NCBI GenBank assembly: GCA_028534125.1
Contig: CM052816.1
Coordinates: forward strand, 77,130,001-77,194,000
Length of the DNA: 64,000 nucleotides
From: Lama glama
Taxonomy: Eukaryota
Direction: 5' to 3'
This document shows, in pieces, positions 49,760 through 61,929 of the stretch. Made by a program: the position numbers and the translations under genes. Each line of letters opens with the position of its first letter. Position 1 is the first letter of the stretch. Below the pieces are notes generated by a model. The model ran no database searches and was not told where the DNA came from. It saw only the letters and a list, made by a program, of their open reading frames with translations.

Positions 49760-51400
49760 CACTCAGTCGTTCATTTGAAGATTCATTGAGAAACTAGGAT
49801 GCAGCAAGCAGGGTGCTAAGTGCTTGCAGCCGGTAATGAACAGAACAAACACAGCCCCGGACCTCAGAGAGCACACAGTTGAGAGGGAAAGACAACTTTG
49901 GAAGCTGTAACAATGCAGAGTGAAAAGCACTGTGATGGGGTGGAGGGTGCTGTGGAAGCACCATGAGATCTGGCCTCATCTTCCTCACCTCTTCCCTGGC
50001 TTCCTGAGCCCCACCACTGGTCTCCAAGCTACCTCCTGAGTGCGCCAGCCTCTTCATGCCAACCTCTTTTCTGCCTTAGCATCTTTGTCTTTGCTGTTCA
50101 CTTTGCCCAGAGCTATCTTTCCCCAGACATCTGGAGAGCTGCCCCCTTATTTCATTCACACCTCTCCTCGGAGAGATATCCCCTACTCAGTGGCGTCCTC
50201 CAATCGTCCTGTCTAAAATAGCAGCCCCACGTGTTCTGCTCTAGTTTTTTATAGTGCTTGTTACCACCTGGCATCCTCGTATGTGTTGGTTTTGTTGTCG
50301 TTATAGTTCATTGCCTGTCAGCTCCATGGGAGTCCAGGCTTTTATCTGTTTCATTCACTGCTGTCTCCCCCGTGTCTGGAACAGAACTTCAACCCTGGTT
50401 GTTATTCAGCAAACCTTTGTTGAGTGACTGAATGAGGGAAATGCATAGGGGAATCCTAATTTAGTTCAGGGAAAGCTTCCTGGCAGAGGTCAAGGAACTT
50501 GGTCAGAGAAAAAAACTGTTTAGGTGATGGAGGGAGACGCACAAGTGTTTTGGGCAGAAGACTCAGTGTGCAGGAAGTCCTGGAGATTAGTAAGTGCTTA
50601 TCACAACAGTGAAAGAAGTTGAATGTAGCTGAGTGATAAAGCGTGGAAAGGGTGTGGTAATGAAGAGACCTGTGGATGGAGAGACAGGCGGGAGGCAGGT
50701 GTGGAGGGCCTCGCATACCTAATATAGAGGCTGGACTTTATCCTACCAACATAGGGATGCAAAAAGGTGCAGCCCATTCCGGAAAACAGCTTGGCAGTGA
50801 CTTATGAAGTTAAATATATATTTACTGTACAATTCAGAAATACCATTCCTAGGTATTTACCCGAGTGAAATGAAAACTTACTTTCACACAAAACCCTCTA
50901 TGTGAGTTTTCATAACGGTTTTATTCTTAATTACCAAAATTACTTCTGTGTTTTGTGTGCTGTGGTGGTCACACCACTGTGTGTTTGTGAAAACTTGTGT
51001 AATCATATATTCAAAATAGTGATTTTTGTTGCATGGAAATGACTTTTTGATTAAAAGAACTATGGGAAATCATTAGAGGGTTTTCAGTGGAAGAGTAACA
51101 CCATCAGATATGAATTTCCAAAGGACCACTCTGGCTGGGGAACAGCAAGGATGGAATTGGGAGCCTGGCGAGGGCTTGGTAGCAGTGGACCAGGCAATGG
51201 ATGACGGAAGCTTGGACAAAGTGGGGATGGAAAGAGGTAGGGGATTGACACATGTCTAGAAAGTAGACTCAGCAAGGCTTGGTAATTACTTAGATTTAGG
51301 GATGAGACAGAGAGAGGAGTCAAGAAGGATGCTGTGGAATTGAAGTTGGGGGCAGGTGGGGAGATGGTGGTACCGTTTCTCCTATACACACAGGGCACGC
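49760..51400. mobile_element. cluster of L2 fragments (both strands) with an L1 fragment at ~50755-51050
   Basis: L2 3' motifs tttgttgagtgactgaatga and gcttggtaattacttagat; L1 motif cattcctaggtatttaccc. Confidence 0.7.
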
Positions 51401-54103
51401 AGTGGGAGGAGCGGGCCTTGGGAAGCACACGGCGTGAGAGGAGCATGAGCTGACAGTGGGCTGGTACACATCGGGAGCGTGACTGAGGTTTTCATCAGTT
51501 TGATTGGTTCTGTTTCACTTTAGCAAGGGAGCACATACCTGAGTGCTGCTTACCGCTAGGGGCCTCTGTGCCGCCATCACCCAAAATCCCCCTGTCTTCT
51601 GTGTTACCATTGAGACTTTCTGTTCTGTAGCATCAGAACATTTACATCTTCCAATCTGAGAGCAGCCCTTTGGCTGGTTAAGCCGCTGAGTGTACTCAGT
51701 TTGTGTAGGTACCACCATATCACTAAGAAGGTTATTAAGTTGGATGGTGGACCATTCCCCATGCTGACTACTATTTTCAAGGTAATTTAGAGACATAGCA
51801 AAAAAATTTTTTAAAGGTTTCAAAGAAAAGTCAATATGAACGCCCTGGAAAAGAGAGCTGTCTCCCTCCCAAAGCTTTTAGTACCTGCACATGGACATGG
51901 CTTGGATGGTTCGGACTGTACCAAGAGAACAATGATCTCTCACATCCTCCTCTGCTTTGTCAGCTCCTTCCATCCTCTGGCCCAGATAAAGCTGGAGTCT
52001 GTATCTCCAGCCAAACCACCTTTTACTATTTTCATGTGGCCCCAATTCCATGTGGCCTGGCCTGGCAGGGAGAAACTCCAACTGAATGAGTGTGGTTCAC
52101 GGCTGGGAGAGGAGAGACTTCTTTCAGAACATTCAAAATTCCCAACCTGTGTTTTATTATTGATCCTGAAAATACTCTTGTGAAGTTAATTGGAAACTCT
52201 TGTCTATATTTGTGAATAGGGAGGCTGAAATAAAGAGACATTCATTCTAGGCAAATCAGCCTAGATTCTAAATCAGGAATTAATGGTGGAGTCTTGGTTT
52301 CTTAATTTTTCCCTAAAACATCTTACTCTTGCCTTAAAGGCATCTTGCAAGTTTATAGGCTTTCTAAGTGTTGAATTCAACAAAATTACTTTTAATGGTT
52401 ACTTCTCGGTGGGTGGGATTATGGGATGGTTTTGATGTTCTTTCCGATTGTGATTTCTGGTTTTTCTATAATCAGCATGTATTAACTTTGTAATTGCAAA
52501 AAAAAAAAAAAGGAGGAAACTTCCCAAAAAACCCGTATGCGCAGTATAAAACCATTTTTAAAGGAAAATGGACATATGAGATTATGCATCCAAATATTAA
52601 CAGCCATCATCATGTTTGTCTGGGAATATGGGTGATTTTTTTTTCTTCCTAGTGCTTTGTGGTTTTCCAGTTTTTTTTGACGAATACAAATTACCTCTGT
52701 AATCAGAAAAAAATAAACCATTCTTTCAAAAAGGCTGTGGCACATTCCTCCCTCCAGTTAAGGCAGTCAGACTCTAAGAATGAGGAAACCTGACTTTCAG
52801 TCGTGACCCTGAAGGGGATTCGCTGTGTGACTGGAAGCAAGTCGCATCCATTCCCATGGCTTAGGAGAAGGATCGTAATATTTAGTGCTGTCCACTCCCT
52901 GAGGGTGTCGGGCCCCAATGAGCTAAGGCACGAGAGAGCCCTTGGAAGGGAGGTACTGAGCTGGGTACCACAGCTACAACTGCTGTTCCATAAATAGTCT
53001 GTTTAGTCTTGAGAAGGGAACACATTGTAATTTGAAGGCACGTTATTTTTATTTGGAGGGAAGAGACGAAATCACTTATGAAGCCAATCTCCTGTGCTTT
53101 GGCACTTCTTGTGCTGGCTGATGTCTTGTGAGAGTGGAAGGGGAGAACATTTGTCCCAATATGCCTTGGCCTCCTGCCACCATCCAGGCTCAGGCCGAGG
53201 GATCTGGCCGTGGGAGGCGGAGAGCCTGCGAGAGTGCGGGAGGCTGGGGCACCGCCAGCTCTGGGAAAGGGCTGTGCCCCTTGTTCAGGCAGAAGTCTAG
53301 TTTGGCCAGGGATTCTGGGAAATCTGCAGACACGACCCCGCAGAGTCTTGCTGGTTATGGAGACTGAATCTTCCATGAAGACTGACAGTCAGACCCTCTG
53401 GCCAGCGAAGCATGACTCTTGGCTGCACATTGACAGAAAATCTATGTCTGGGTAAGACACCTCCACCAGGGAGCTAAAGCCATTGTTCTCTTCCAGTTAA
53501 AAGTCATGTAATAATTAGTGTTCAGTCATACAGTTTTATGGCCGTGATGATTCACACAGACTCTCTCTAAGAAGGAAAAAAATGACACAGAAAGAACAGG
53601 TTATAGATCAACCTGTTCAAATGGAGAGATTACCTATCTCTCTGTCTCTCTGTAATGTGAGAGAGAGACAGAGAGATTTATATTTCTTTGAATTTGAAAT
53701 TTTACTAGGCATTTAATATGTTCTCATGATACTTCTCTTCCTCCCCAGGAGTGAAAATGGAAATTATTTATTCTAGGAATTCAACTTAATTCAAGTTCTT
53801 CTGTGGCTAAGCCCTAGTGGAGGGGGTGGGGACTGCTTTCAAAAGCTCGTATTCTGATCCCACTTTTGGTGAGACCTCTTTATTGTTACACGGTTGCTTT
53901 TCTGTGTTATACCTGGCTTATTTTTCCATATGCTTAAAAGAAGGAAAAGTATTTTCCCCACTTTCCCAGCAATTTTAGGAATTGTCCTTTGGTTGGAGAA
54001 AACAGCAAGCAAAGCTGAAGAGTATGAATATGAAAACCGGATGTTGGGAGACATCTTGAGGGAATTTGATGGCTCTCAGTGTGACTGAGCAGAACTGCCT
54101 TTA

Positions 54104-55091
54104 TTTATTCATTTTTATATTTTTACTGAAGTATAGTCAGTTTACAATGTTGTGTCAGTTTCTGGTGTACAGCATAATAGTTCAGTCACACAGGAACATA
54201 TGTATATTTGTTTTCATATTCTTTTTCACTGTAAGTTACTACAAGATATTGAATATGGTTCCATGTGCTATACAGTATAAACTCGTTGTTTATCTGTTTT
54301 GTATATAGTAGTTAGTATCTGCAAATCTCAAACTCCCAATTTATCCCTTCCCACTCCCTTCCCTCACTGGTAACCATAAGTTTGTTTTCTGTGTCTGTGA
54401 GTCTGTTTTTATTTTATAAATGAGTTCTTTTTGTGTGTTTTTTTTTTAGATTCCACATATAAGTGATATCATGTGGTATTTTTCTTTCTCTTTCTGGCTT
54501 ACTTAGAATGACAGTCTCCAGGTTCATCCATGGTTGCTGCAAATGGCATTATTTTATTCTTTTTTAAGGCTGAGTGGTATTCCACTGTATAAATATATCA
54601 CAGATTCTTTATCCAGTCATCTGTCGATGGACATTTAGATTGCTTCCATGTCTTGGCTATTATAAATAGTGCTGCTATGAACATTGGAGTGCATATGTCT
54701 TTTTGAATTAAGGTTCCCTCTGGATATATATGCAGAGGTGGGATTGCTGGATCATGTGTAATTCTATTTTAAGTTTTTTGAGGACTCTCCATACTGATTT
54801 CCATAACGGCTGCACCAAACTACATTCCCACCAACAGTGTAGAAGCGTTCCCTTTTCCCCACATCCTCTCCAGCATTTATTGTTTGTGGACTTTGAATGA
54901 TGGCCATTCTGACAAGTGTGAGGTGATACCTCAGTGTAGTTTTGTTTTGCATTTCTCTGATAATTAGCGATAACCAAGCAAATACAAAAGAAAATTGTGA
55001 AACCACAAAAAGACCAAAAGAGGGAATTCTCCAATGCAGACATACGAATGGTCAATAGGCACATGAGAGAGAGCTCAATATCGCTAATTAT
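54104..55091 (-). mobile_element. L1 with 5' inversion (twin priming) and 14-bp TSD
   Basis: Antisense L1 54104-54972 ([21 protein letters not shown]); sense L1 piece ~55010-55095; TSD cagaactgccttta at 54090-54103 and 55092-55105. Confidence 0.92.
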
Positions 55092-55659
55092 CAGAACTGC
55101 CTTTAAATAGCCTCTGGAGGTACCCGGATCTCTTACTTCTGTAGCAGGATGTGAAACAGGATGGGCCCCATGGCTCAGGCTCTAAAGCTGAGTCCTGCTA
55201 GACCATCAGCAGGTCTTGCTGTGAGGTTGGAACCAGTCTTGGGACCCACAGAGCGTCACCGCCTTCACCTGCACCTAAAAAAGGCAACAATGCTGAAATA
55301 AGGTCAGTAAAAGAGGATTTCTCTGAGCCCAGAATATTTCCTCTCCTCCCCCTACTCAAATCTAATTATGTGATGGGAGGTGAGGAAGAGGAGAGGATAC
55401 TGGGCTGTTGGCCAGGAGGGGAGACTAAACCAGGCCCACTCACCCCTGAACTAGTTACTTGCATTACTACAGAAACCTACGGCTGCCATGGATTTAAAAA
55501 GAATTTGGGAGAAAGTTTGACAAGTGAGGTGGGAGGGCACAGAGCCTGCAAAAGTCCAAAGGGGAGAGATTGATGAAATTATCTCCAATGGTAGGGCAAA
55601 GAGAAAGGGCTGGTGGGACAGCAAATAGCACTGCCTTCTATGGCAGCCAAGGCTGGGTG

Positions 55660-56330
55660 TCATCCTGTCATCCGTAGGTCAGGGGGGACACTGCAGGTGA
55701 AAGCCAGACTCTGGTGTCTTGAAAGGACCCCACCCAAAGGGTCTACCCCTAGGAATCAGACAACCCAGCAGAAAGACACTGAAGGACCAGCTGTCATGTA
55801 GGAGCCTAGAGGGTCATGAGTGGTCATACAGGAGATACTAATCTCCCCAGGGAGATGTCCCCAGCAAGGAGGTCTCCCAAGAACTAACAAGAGGGATGGA
55901 CGGATGAAAGACAAAGCCAAGATTTGCCACTTGGCACACAAGCGCCTTGCTACTGTGCTGCTCAGTAAGGGTTTGCCCCTTCCCTCCTCCCCACTCCCCT
56001 CGCCCCGGCTCTGGAGGAGTTAGAAGCAGCAGAATAAGTTGACGAGAAGGTGTTAGAGGGCAAAGAAGGACCGGATCAGTACCCTCCTCCCTTCCTTAAT
56101 GCAAGTATTTGATCCTGGGTCAGTACAGTAGGGAAGGAGAGGAGCTTTGAAATATGAGAGACTGAAGTTTTGGGTTAGGCAAACTGGACTTTCTAGTACC
56201 TGAAAATGCAACTTCTGTGACACCTGACAGACTGGAAAAGGTAAGGGGTCAGCTGAGATACCATCAAGGTGTGGGGAAGACAGACCCAGCAGAGAACGTT
56301 AGACGTCAGTGGATGAGAGAACAACAAATT
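55660..56330 (+). mobile_element. possible ancient LTR (MamGypLTR-like)
   Basis: gagactgaagttttg...actggactttctagtacctgaaa resembles remembered MamGypLTR motifs; weak match. Confidence 0.3.
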
Positions 56331-56719
56331 TGTTCCATGAGGGTCCAGCTGCTCAATATTTCAGTTACCCGAGCAAGGATCCCACAAAGAGTTGTCTTTA
56401 CATACCATGGATTTGTGACCACTTCAGAGACATGCAGCGTTGGTACTTGACTTATAAAAATATTGCTTTCATTTCTTCAACATCCACCTTGGCAGACCTC
56501 TATCTTAGATCATATGATCTAGTCTAGTTCTGGATTTGAAGAGCGTCTCTCTTCCACTTACTGCACAGAGATTTTGATGTTGAGAGCTGTGTAGATAGTC
56601 CAGAATGTAAAACTGAAACCTTGAAAGGCAAGTTTTCTGTTGAAATATAATATACAGTATTTTTAAAGCAGAACTGGGAAGTCTTTCTCTGAAAAGAAGG
56701 TTCTGTTTTTAATAGAATC

Positions 56720-56966
56720 TCTAGTATTTGGTAACTAAGAGTGCAGTGATTAAGACACCAAACTCAGAGCCTGGCTCTGTCTCTTCTTAATTGGGTGACC
56801 TTGAGCAAACTACATAATCTCTCTATTCTTCAATTTTCCCAGTTAAAAAATGGAAATAGTAATAGGTACCTATCTCATAGAGTTTTAAGGATCAAGTGAA
56901 TTAGTATGTGTGAAGTGCTTAAAACAGGGTCAGATACCACAGTAAGCACTTCAGAATGCTAATCAT
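56720..56966 (+). mobile_element. MIR SINE
   Basis: gggtgaccttgagcaaa...aaaatggaaatagtaataggtacctatctcatag. Confidence 0.85.
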
Positions 56967-57447
56967 TGTCGCAGACTCTGTCAGAGCCCCAGTCACATCT
57001 TCCTGGCCACTCCAGAATTGCCTGTGATCGTTCCCACACACACTCATAGCTTCCTGTCCCTTTCTTCTCTTCCTGAGGCTGTTCTCCAGCAGCCGGAGTG
57101 AGCTCAGCCCAAGTACACAGCAGGTTGGAATGTGCCAGGAATTAACACTGCAGAAGAGACTCTTAATCAACGAGTGCTGGGGTTGGAGGATAAATACTCC
57201 AGCTCCCTTGCGCCTCAGTGAGTGGATTCTAAGGCGTGATCTACATAGTCTCTCAGAGGAACCCCAGTGGGACAGAGCCCTGGTTGTCCACAGCAATAGC
57301 CTGTTAATTAATGCATCACGTTTTGGCTTACCTCTCTTCTCTCTCACTTCCCCACTCCCCTTTCATGTTTCCTATCCTCCCAAATAAATGACTTAAATAC
57401 AAATCCTTATCTTAAGGGCGAGCATTAGAGAAACCAAAACTAAGACA
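56967..57447 (+). mobile_element. LTR16-family ERVL solo LTR
   Basis: TG...CA termini; cccaaataaa poly(A) signal; end gaaaccaaaactaagaca. Confidence 0.8.
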
Positions 57448-57940
57448 GCTCTTACATGTATAAGTCTTTTAGATATTTAAAATCCTATCTTAAATATTTT
57501 TCCTATCACCCACAACCCATGGGAATTGCAGGGCTCACAATAGAAGTTCAAATACTTGCTGACTTTTAATTTTAGATCATCTCTATTATTTGATATCTCT
57601 CCCTGAATCCTCAATGAGCTTCAAATTAGAACTGTACTCCCAAAATTTCAGATGGATGGATAGATATCCTTTTCTTAAATACCTCCATTCAGAGGGTTCC
57701 AGGGCTCTGGCTGTGCTCACTCCTGTGCTCTCAGAGCCAAACATAGTATTCAGCAATAATAATACTCAATAAAAACTCTACTGTCTTATCAAACAAAACC
57801 CTATTCTTTCATGTTAAATCAGAATCTAGCTTGCTGCAAATTAAACCCCAAATAATTAAATCCCAAATAATGAGAAGCATCAGAAAACCAATTTTACATA
57901 GTAAGTCCAGCAGCCTAATAATTGTGTGGAGATGGTCTAG

Positions 57941-58268
57941 ACTTGTACTGTTCAATACAGTAGCCACTAGTCTCGTGTGGCCACTGAGCATGAAAAATGC
58001 GGCCAATCTGAATTTAAATGTGCTGTTAGTGTAAAGTATACACCAGAATTTGAAGACTTAGTACAAAAGGAAAAAACACTATGGAAATTATCTCATTACT
58101 ATTTTTTTTTTGTAGATTGCATGTTGAAATATTTTGGATGTTTTGTATTAAATAAAATATATTACTAAAATTAATTCCATTGGTTTCTTTTTATTCCTTT
58201 TAACATGGCTGCTAGAAAATTTAAATTATGCATGTGGCTTATGTTTCACTTCTATTGGGCAGAGCAGA
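57941..58268 (-). mobile_element. MER33-like hAT-Charlie MITE
   Basis: ctgttcaatacagtagccactag...aaagtatacaccagaatttgaagacttagt...gctagaaaatttaaatta...ctattgggcag; flanked by tctag hAT target sequence. Confidence 0.85.
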
Positions 58269-58339
58269 TCTAGTGAGTCCTCACACCCATCTCCTGGCTA
58301 TGATTGCTCTTTCTCAACTATCTTTCGTGGCTGGTAATT

Positions 58340-58819
58340 TTCTTTTTCTTCTTAGTTGAAGTATAGTTGATTTACAATGTTGTGTTAGTTTCTGGCATAT
58401 AGCACAGTGATTCAGTTATACATATACATGTATATGTATGTTCTTTTTCATATTCTTTTTCATAATAGATTAGTATAAGATATTGAATATAGTTCCCTGT
58501 GCTATACAGTATAAACTTGTTGTTTATCTATTTTATATATAGTAGTTAGTATCTGCAAATCTTAAACTCCCAGTTTATCCTTTCCCACTCCTGTCACCCC
58601 TGGTAACCATAAGTTTGTTTTCTATGTCTGTGAGTCTGTTTCTGTTTTGTCAATAAGTTCATTTGTGTCAATTTTTTTTGGATTTCACATATAAGTGATA
58701 TTATATGATATTTGTCTTTCTCTGTCTGACTTACTTCACTTAGTATGATAATATCCAGGTCCATCCATGTTGCTGGAATGGCATTATTTAATTCTTTTTC
58801 ATGGCTGAGTAGTATTCCG

Positions 58820-58877
<58 letters not shown>

Positions 58878-59127
58878 CACATATACATACACCACATCTT
58901 CCTTATCCAATCATCTGTCAGTGGACATTTAGGTTGCTTCCATGTCTTGGCTATTGTAAATAGTGCTGCTATGAATATTAGGGTGCATGTATCTTTTTGA
59001 ATTAGAGTTTTCTCCCAGTATATGCCCAGGAGTGGGATTGCTGGATCATATGGTAAGTCTATTTTTAGTTTTTTAAAGAAATCTCCATACTGTTTTACAT
59101 AGTGTCTACACCAAATTACATCCTCCA
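58340..59127 (-). mobile_element. L1 3' fragment containing (TA)n at 58821-58872
   Basis: ORF2 peptide LKIDLPYDPAIPLLGIY...FIAALFTIAKTWKQPKCP. Confidence 0.93.
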
Positions 59128-60354
59128 TGGGTGGTTATTTCCTTATTCAACCTCTTAACTGAACGTTTTTGGGGTAATTGCCCAGTGCCAGAGACTGGAC
59201 ACATGAAAGCATCTCCTGCTACTTGAGACTGGAATGGGATAAAAAGAAATGAGAAAGATCTAACCCAGCCAGAGTCTGAGTCCTATCTGATAGCCTTCTA
59301 AATGTTCTTCTTGGTTCCCGGAGAGGGAGTGAAGTAGTTAAAGCTCTAACATGTGAGTAACAGTAATCAGAGTCCAATACCTGCGACTTTGCTGGAAAGT
59401 CTCAGCTTTCATTTGGTTGTTGATTTCTTGTCTATGATGTGCTTGAATAATGTAATTACCTCCTGACTCAGCTTGAGTAACTCAAGATTTTAGACTCCAG
59501 ACATGTATGCTTGAATGTAGGCTATGCATTTTTTGGTCACTGAGCAAGTAAGTTAATCTTTTTAAGCCTCAGTTTGCAACTCTGTGAAATGGGTGTAATG
59601 ATACTTGACTGTCTCTCTCCCAGAATTGCTATGAGGAGTAAATCAAAGAGTGGGCAGGTTAGATTTATGCAGACCGGACTCTGAGATGAGTTCCTGAAAT
59701 GACTCCAATTTAGGGAGCTGTAGAAGCTTTGATTTTGAGTGACTGAAATGTCCCAGTGGCTGATAAACTTTTTCTTCTTTTTATTGACTATCTCCATATA
59801 CAGTCTGTAGTAGAATATAGATCAAGATACCTGTTATGATTAATTAACTCAAATAAGTGTCTATATGACATATTGCTTAGTAGGATAATTATCACTGTGG
59901 GTCTGTTTGTTTTTATAGCTATGCACACATTTTCATTCTTGAGAACCCCAAGGAACAAAATGTTATTGGCATCCTCTCCAGACACAAAGAACAGCTGCAT
60001 TTGTTTGGGGCATTTCCCAGGCTGCTCCTTCCTCCATGTGTGAAGGATGCTGTTGATCTGTCGACCCAACAGTGAAGGGGGAGATAACTGAACTCTCACC
60101 GGTGTCTTTCACCAGCACTAGTGCAGCTGCGGAAGATGCCATAGGGATTCTCTGTTCTGTCCTGTAACCCCACAGCAGGGGCCCTAGGCAAAGGGGGTTC
60201 TGCTTACACAGGCCTCTCCCCTAAAGTATGCAGTGGTGACCATGGAGCTCCAGTGGAGGAAAGTCCTGGAATGTCCCTGCTTCTACCAAGACGATCTCAT
60301 CCTGACAATCGCACTGCCCTATACAGAAAGATCAGACTTAACAGAGAGTTGAGT

Positions 60355-60508
60355 GCGTCTCAACTCTGTTTGTCCATTAGAATCTCTTGGGAAGATTTTG
60401 AAAATGCTTGATGCCTAGTGAGCCTGGATCCTGATATTCTGATTTAATTGAAGAGTGTCCTGGCTTTTGGTGCTTTATAAAAGCTCTCCATGGTTGAGAA
60501 CCACAGGT
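60355..60508. mobile_element. MER5A-like hAT MITE
   Basis: cattagaatctcttgggaag...gatattctgatttaattg...ggttgagaaccac. Confidence 0.7.
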
Positions 60509-60559
60509 CTAAAATCAGGACTAGAGCCACTGTCTCTCAGTATCTCACCCAAACAATTG

Positions 60560-61150
60560 GAGAGAACATGGCTTCAGACCCAGATACCTTTGAATTTTGA
60601 ATCCTGTCTCATTTACTCATTACCTGAGGACTTGAATGAACTATAGAAATCCTCAATTTTCTTGCTTATACGATGAGAAAAATAACCCTTATGGTCAGAG
60701 CATTTTGGGGAAAATTAAGTGTAAAGACTTATGTCTGTTTTCTCCACTTATTATAAGCAACTTGAGGATAGGGACCATCTAGTAATAAAAGCAGTATTTA
60801 ATTGAGCAACTACTATATGTCAGACATAGCAAATGCAACATTTGTATTATGTCACTTAAACCTCACAAAACAACAGTATGGGAGTCAAAGATTTGATAAT
60901 TTCATGCAATGAAGCATGTAAGACACATAAATTAATTGTATATGTTCAGGATATTATAGGCCACTGAAAAGCCAGGGGTTGAACTTAGATGCTTCTGACT
61001 CCAGAGTTTATTATCTTAATCTATGCACTACAGTGTTTCCCTAGACTGTGCTAAATGTTGTATCCCTAGACCCTAGCATGAAGCCTGCCACATGGAGTGT
61101 ACTCAAAAAACATTCAATGAATAAATAAGAATGAAAGGAATGAATGTGTG
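60560..61150. mobile_element. MIR and L2 fragments
   Basis: attgagcaactactatatgtcagaca...cttctgactccagag; cattcaatgaataaataagaatgaa. Confidence 0.65.
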
Positions 61151-61929
61151 AAGTAACTAACTCATGGCAAACAATCAGTTAATAATAGTATTTTTCTCTG
61201 TTGATCAGGCCTCTCTACTAACACTATCAGATGAAAGGGATTTATCTTCAACAGAGGCAACATGCAAGAAACAAAATTATAATGTGCCTTACATTATTGC
61301 CATAGCAAAATAAAGAAGTAGACTAACAATAGATCAGTCCCATTCCTTCATATATTATTAAACAGGATGTGATTTCAACTCAGAGCCTGTTGATAGTTCC
61401 AGATCAAAAAAATAAATATCAATTCATGCCAGTTTTAAACTCCTGGTAATCTTCCAAATCATCATTTGGACACTAGCTGTCAGCATATTTTATGTATTTC
61501 CTATGTGTATTCTGAACACAGCTGTGTTAAAACTCTGAGGGCTTATTTCAGCACATGAGAGCAGCTTGGAATAGTCGGAAATGCACGATATGTGGGGTCA
61601 GCACGCCTAAATTCAGGTTTTGGCCATTCACTTGCCAGCTGTGAAGCTTTAAGCCCAGCATTTCAAATAAAGTATTCATCCCCTAGAGGTTTGAGACATT
61701 ATGCTGGAAAGGTCTCTGAGATGCAAGATAAACACAATGCATTCATTCGTTAAGCAAACATTTATTGAATGCCATGCATTGAATTATAAGTGAAATGAGC
61801 AAGACAGATCAAGTCCCTGTTCCCATGGAGCCTGATACGCTTCAAAAAGAGACACGTAATAAAAACGATCATTTCAAATACAGATTAATGCTATCTTTTT
61901 AACAATAAAATGAAGTTGTTTTTAAAAGG

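Noticed and set aside
52882..53376. 164-aa minus ORF
   Set aside because: A GC-rich stretch naturally lacks stops; no homology recognised
58594..59128. YIYIYI-repeat ORFs
   Set aside because: Translation of (TA)n within L1
60340..60372. Hairpin agagttgag/ctcaactct as a miRNA or terminator
   Set aside because: Too short for a pre-miRNA and overlaps the end of a MER5 element
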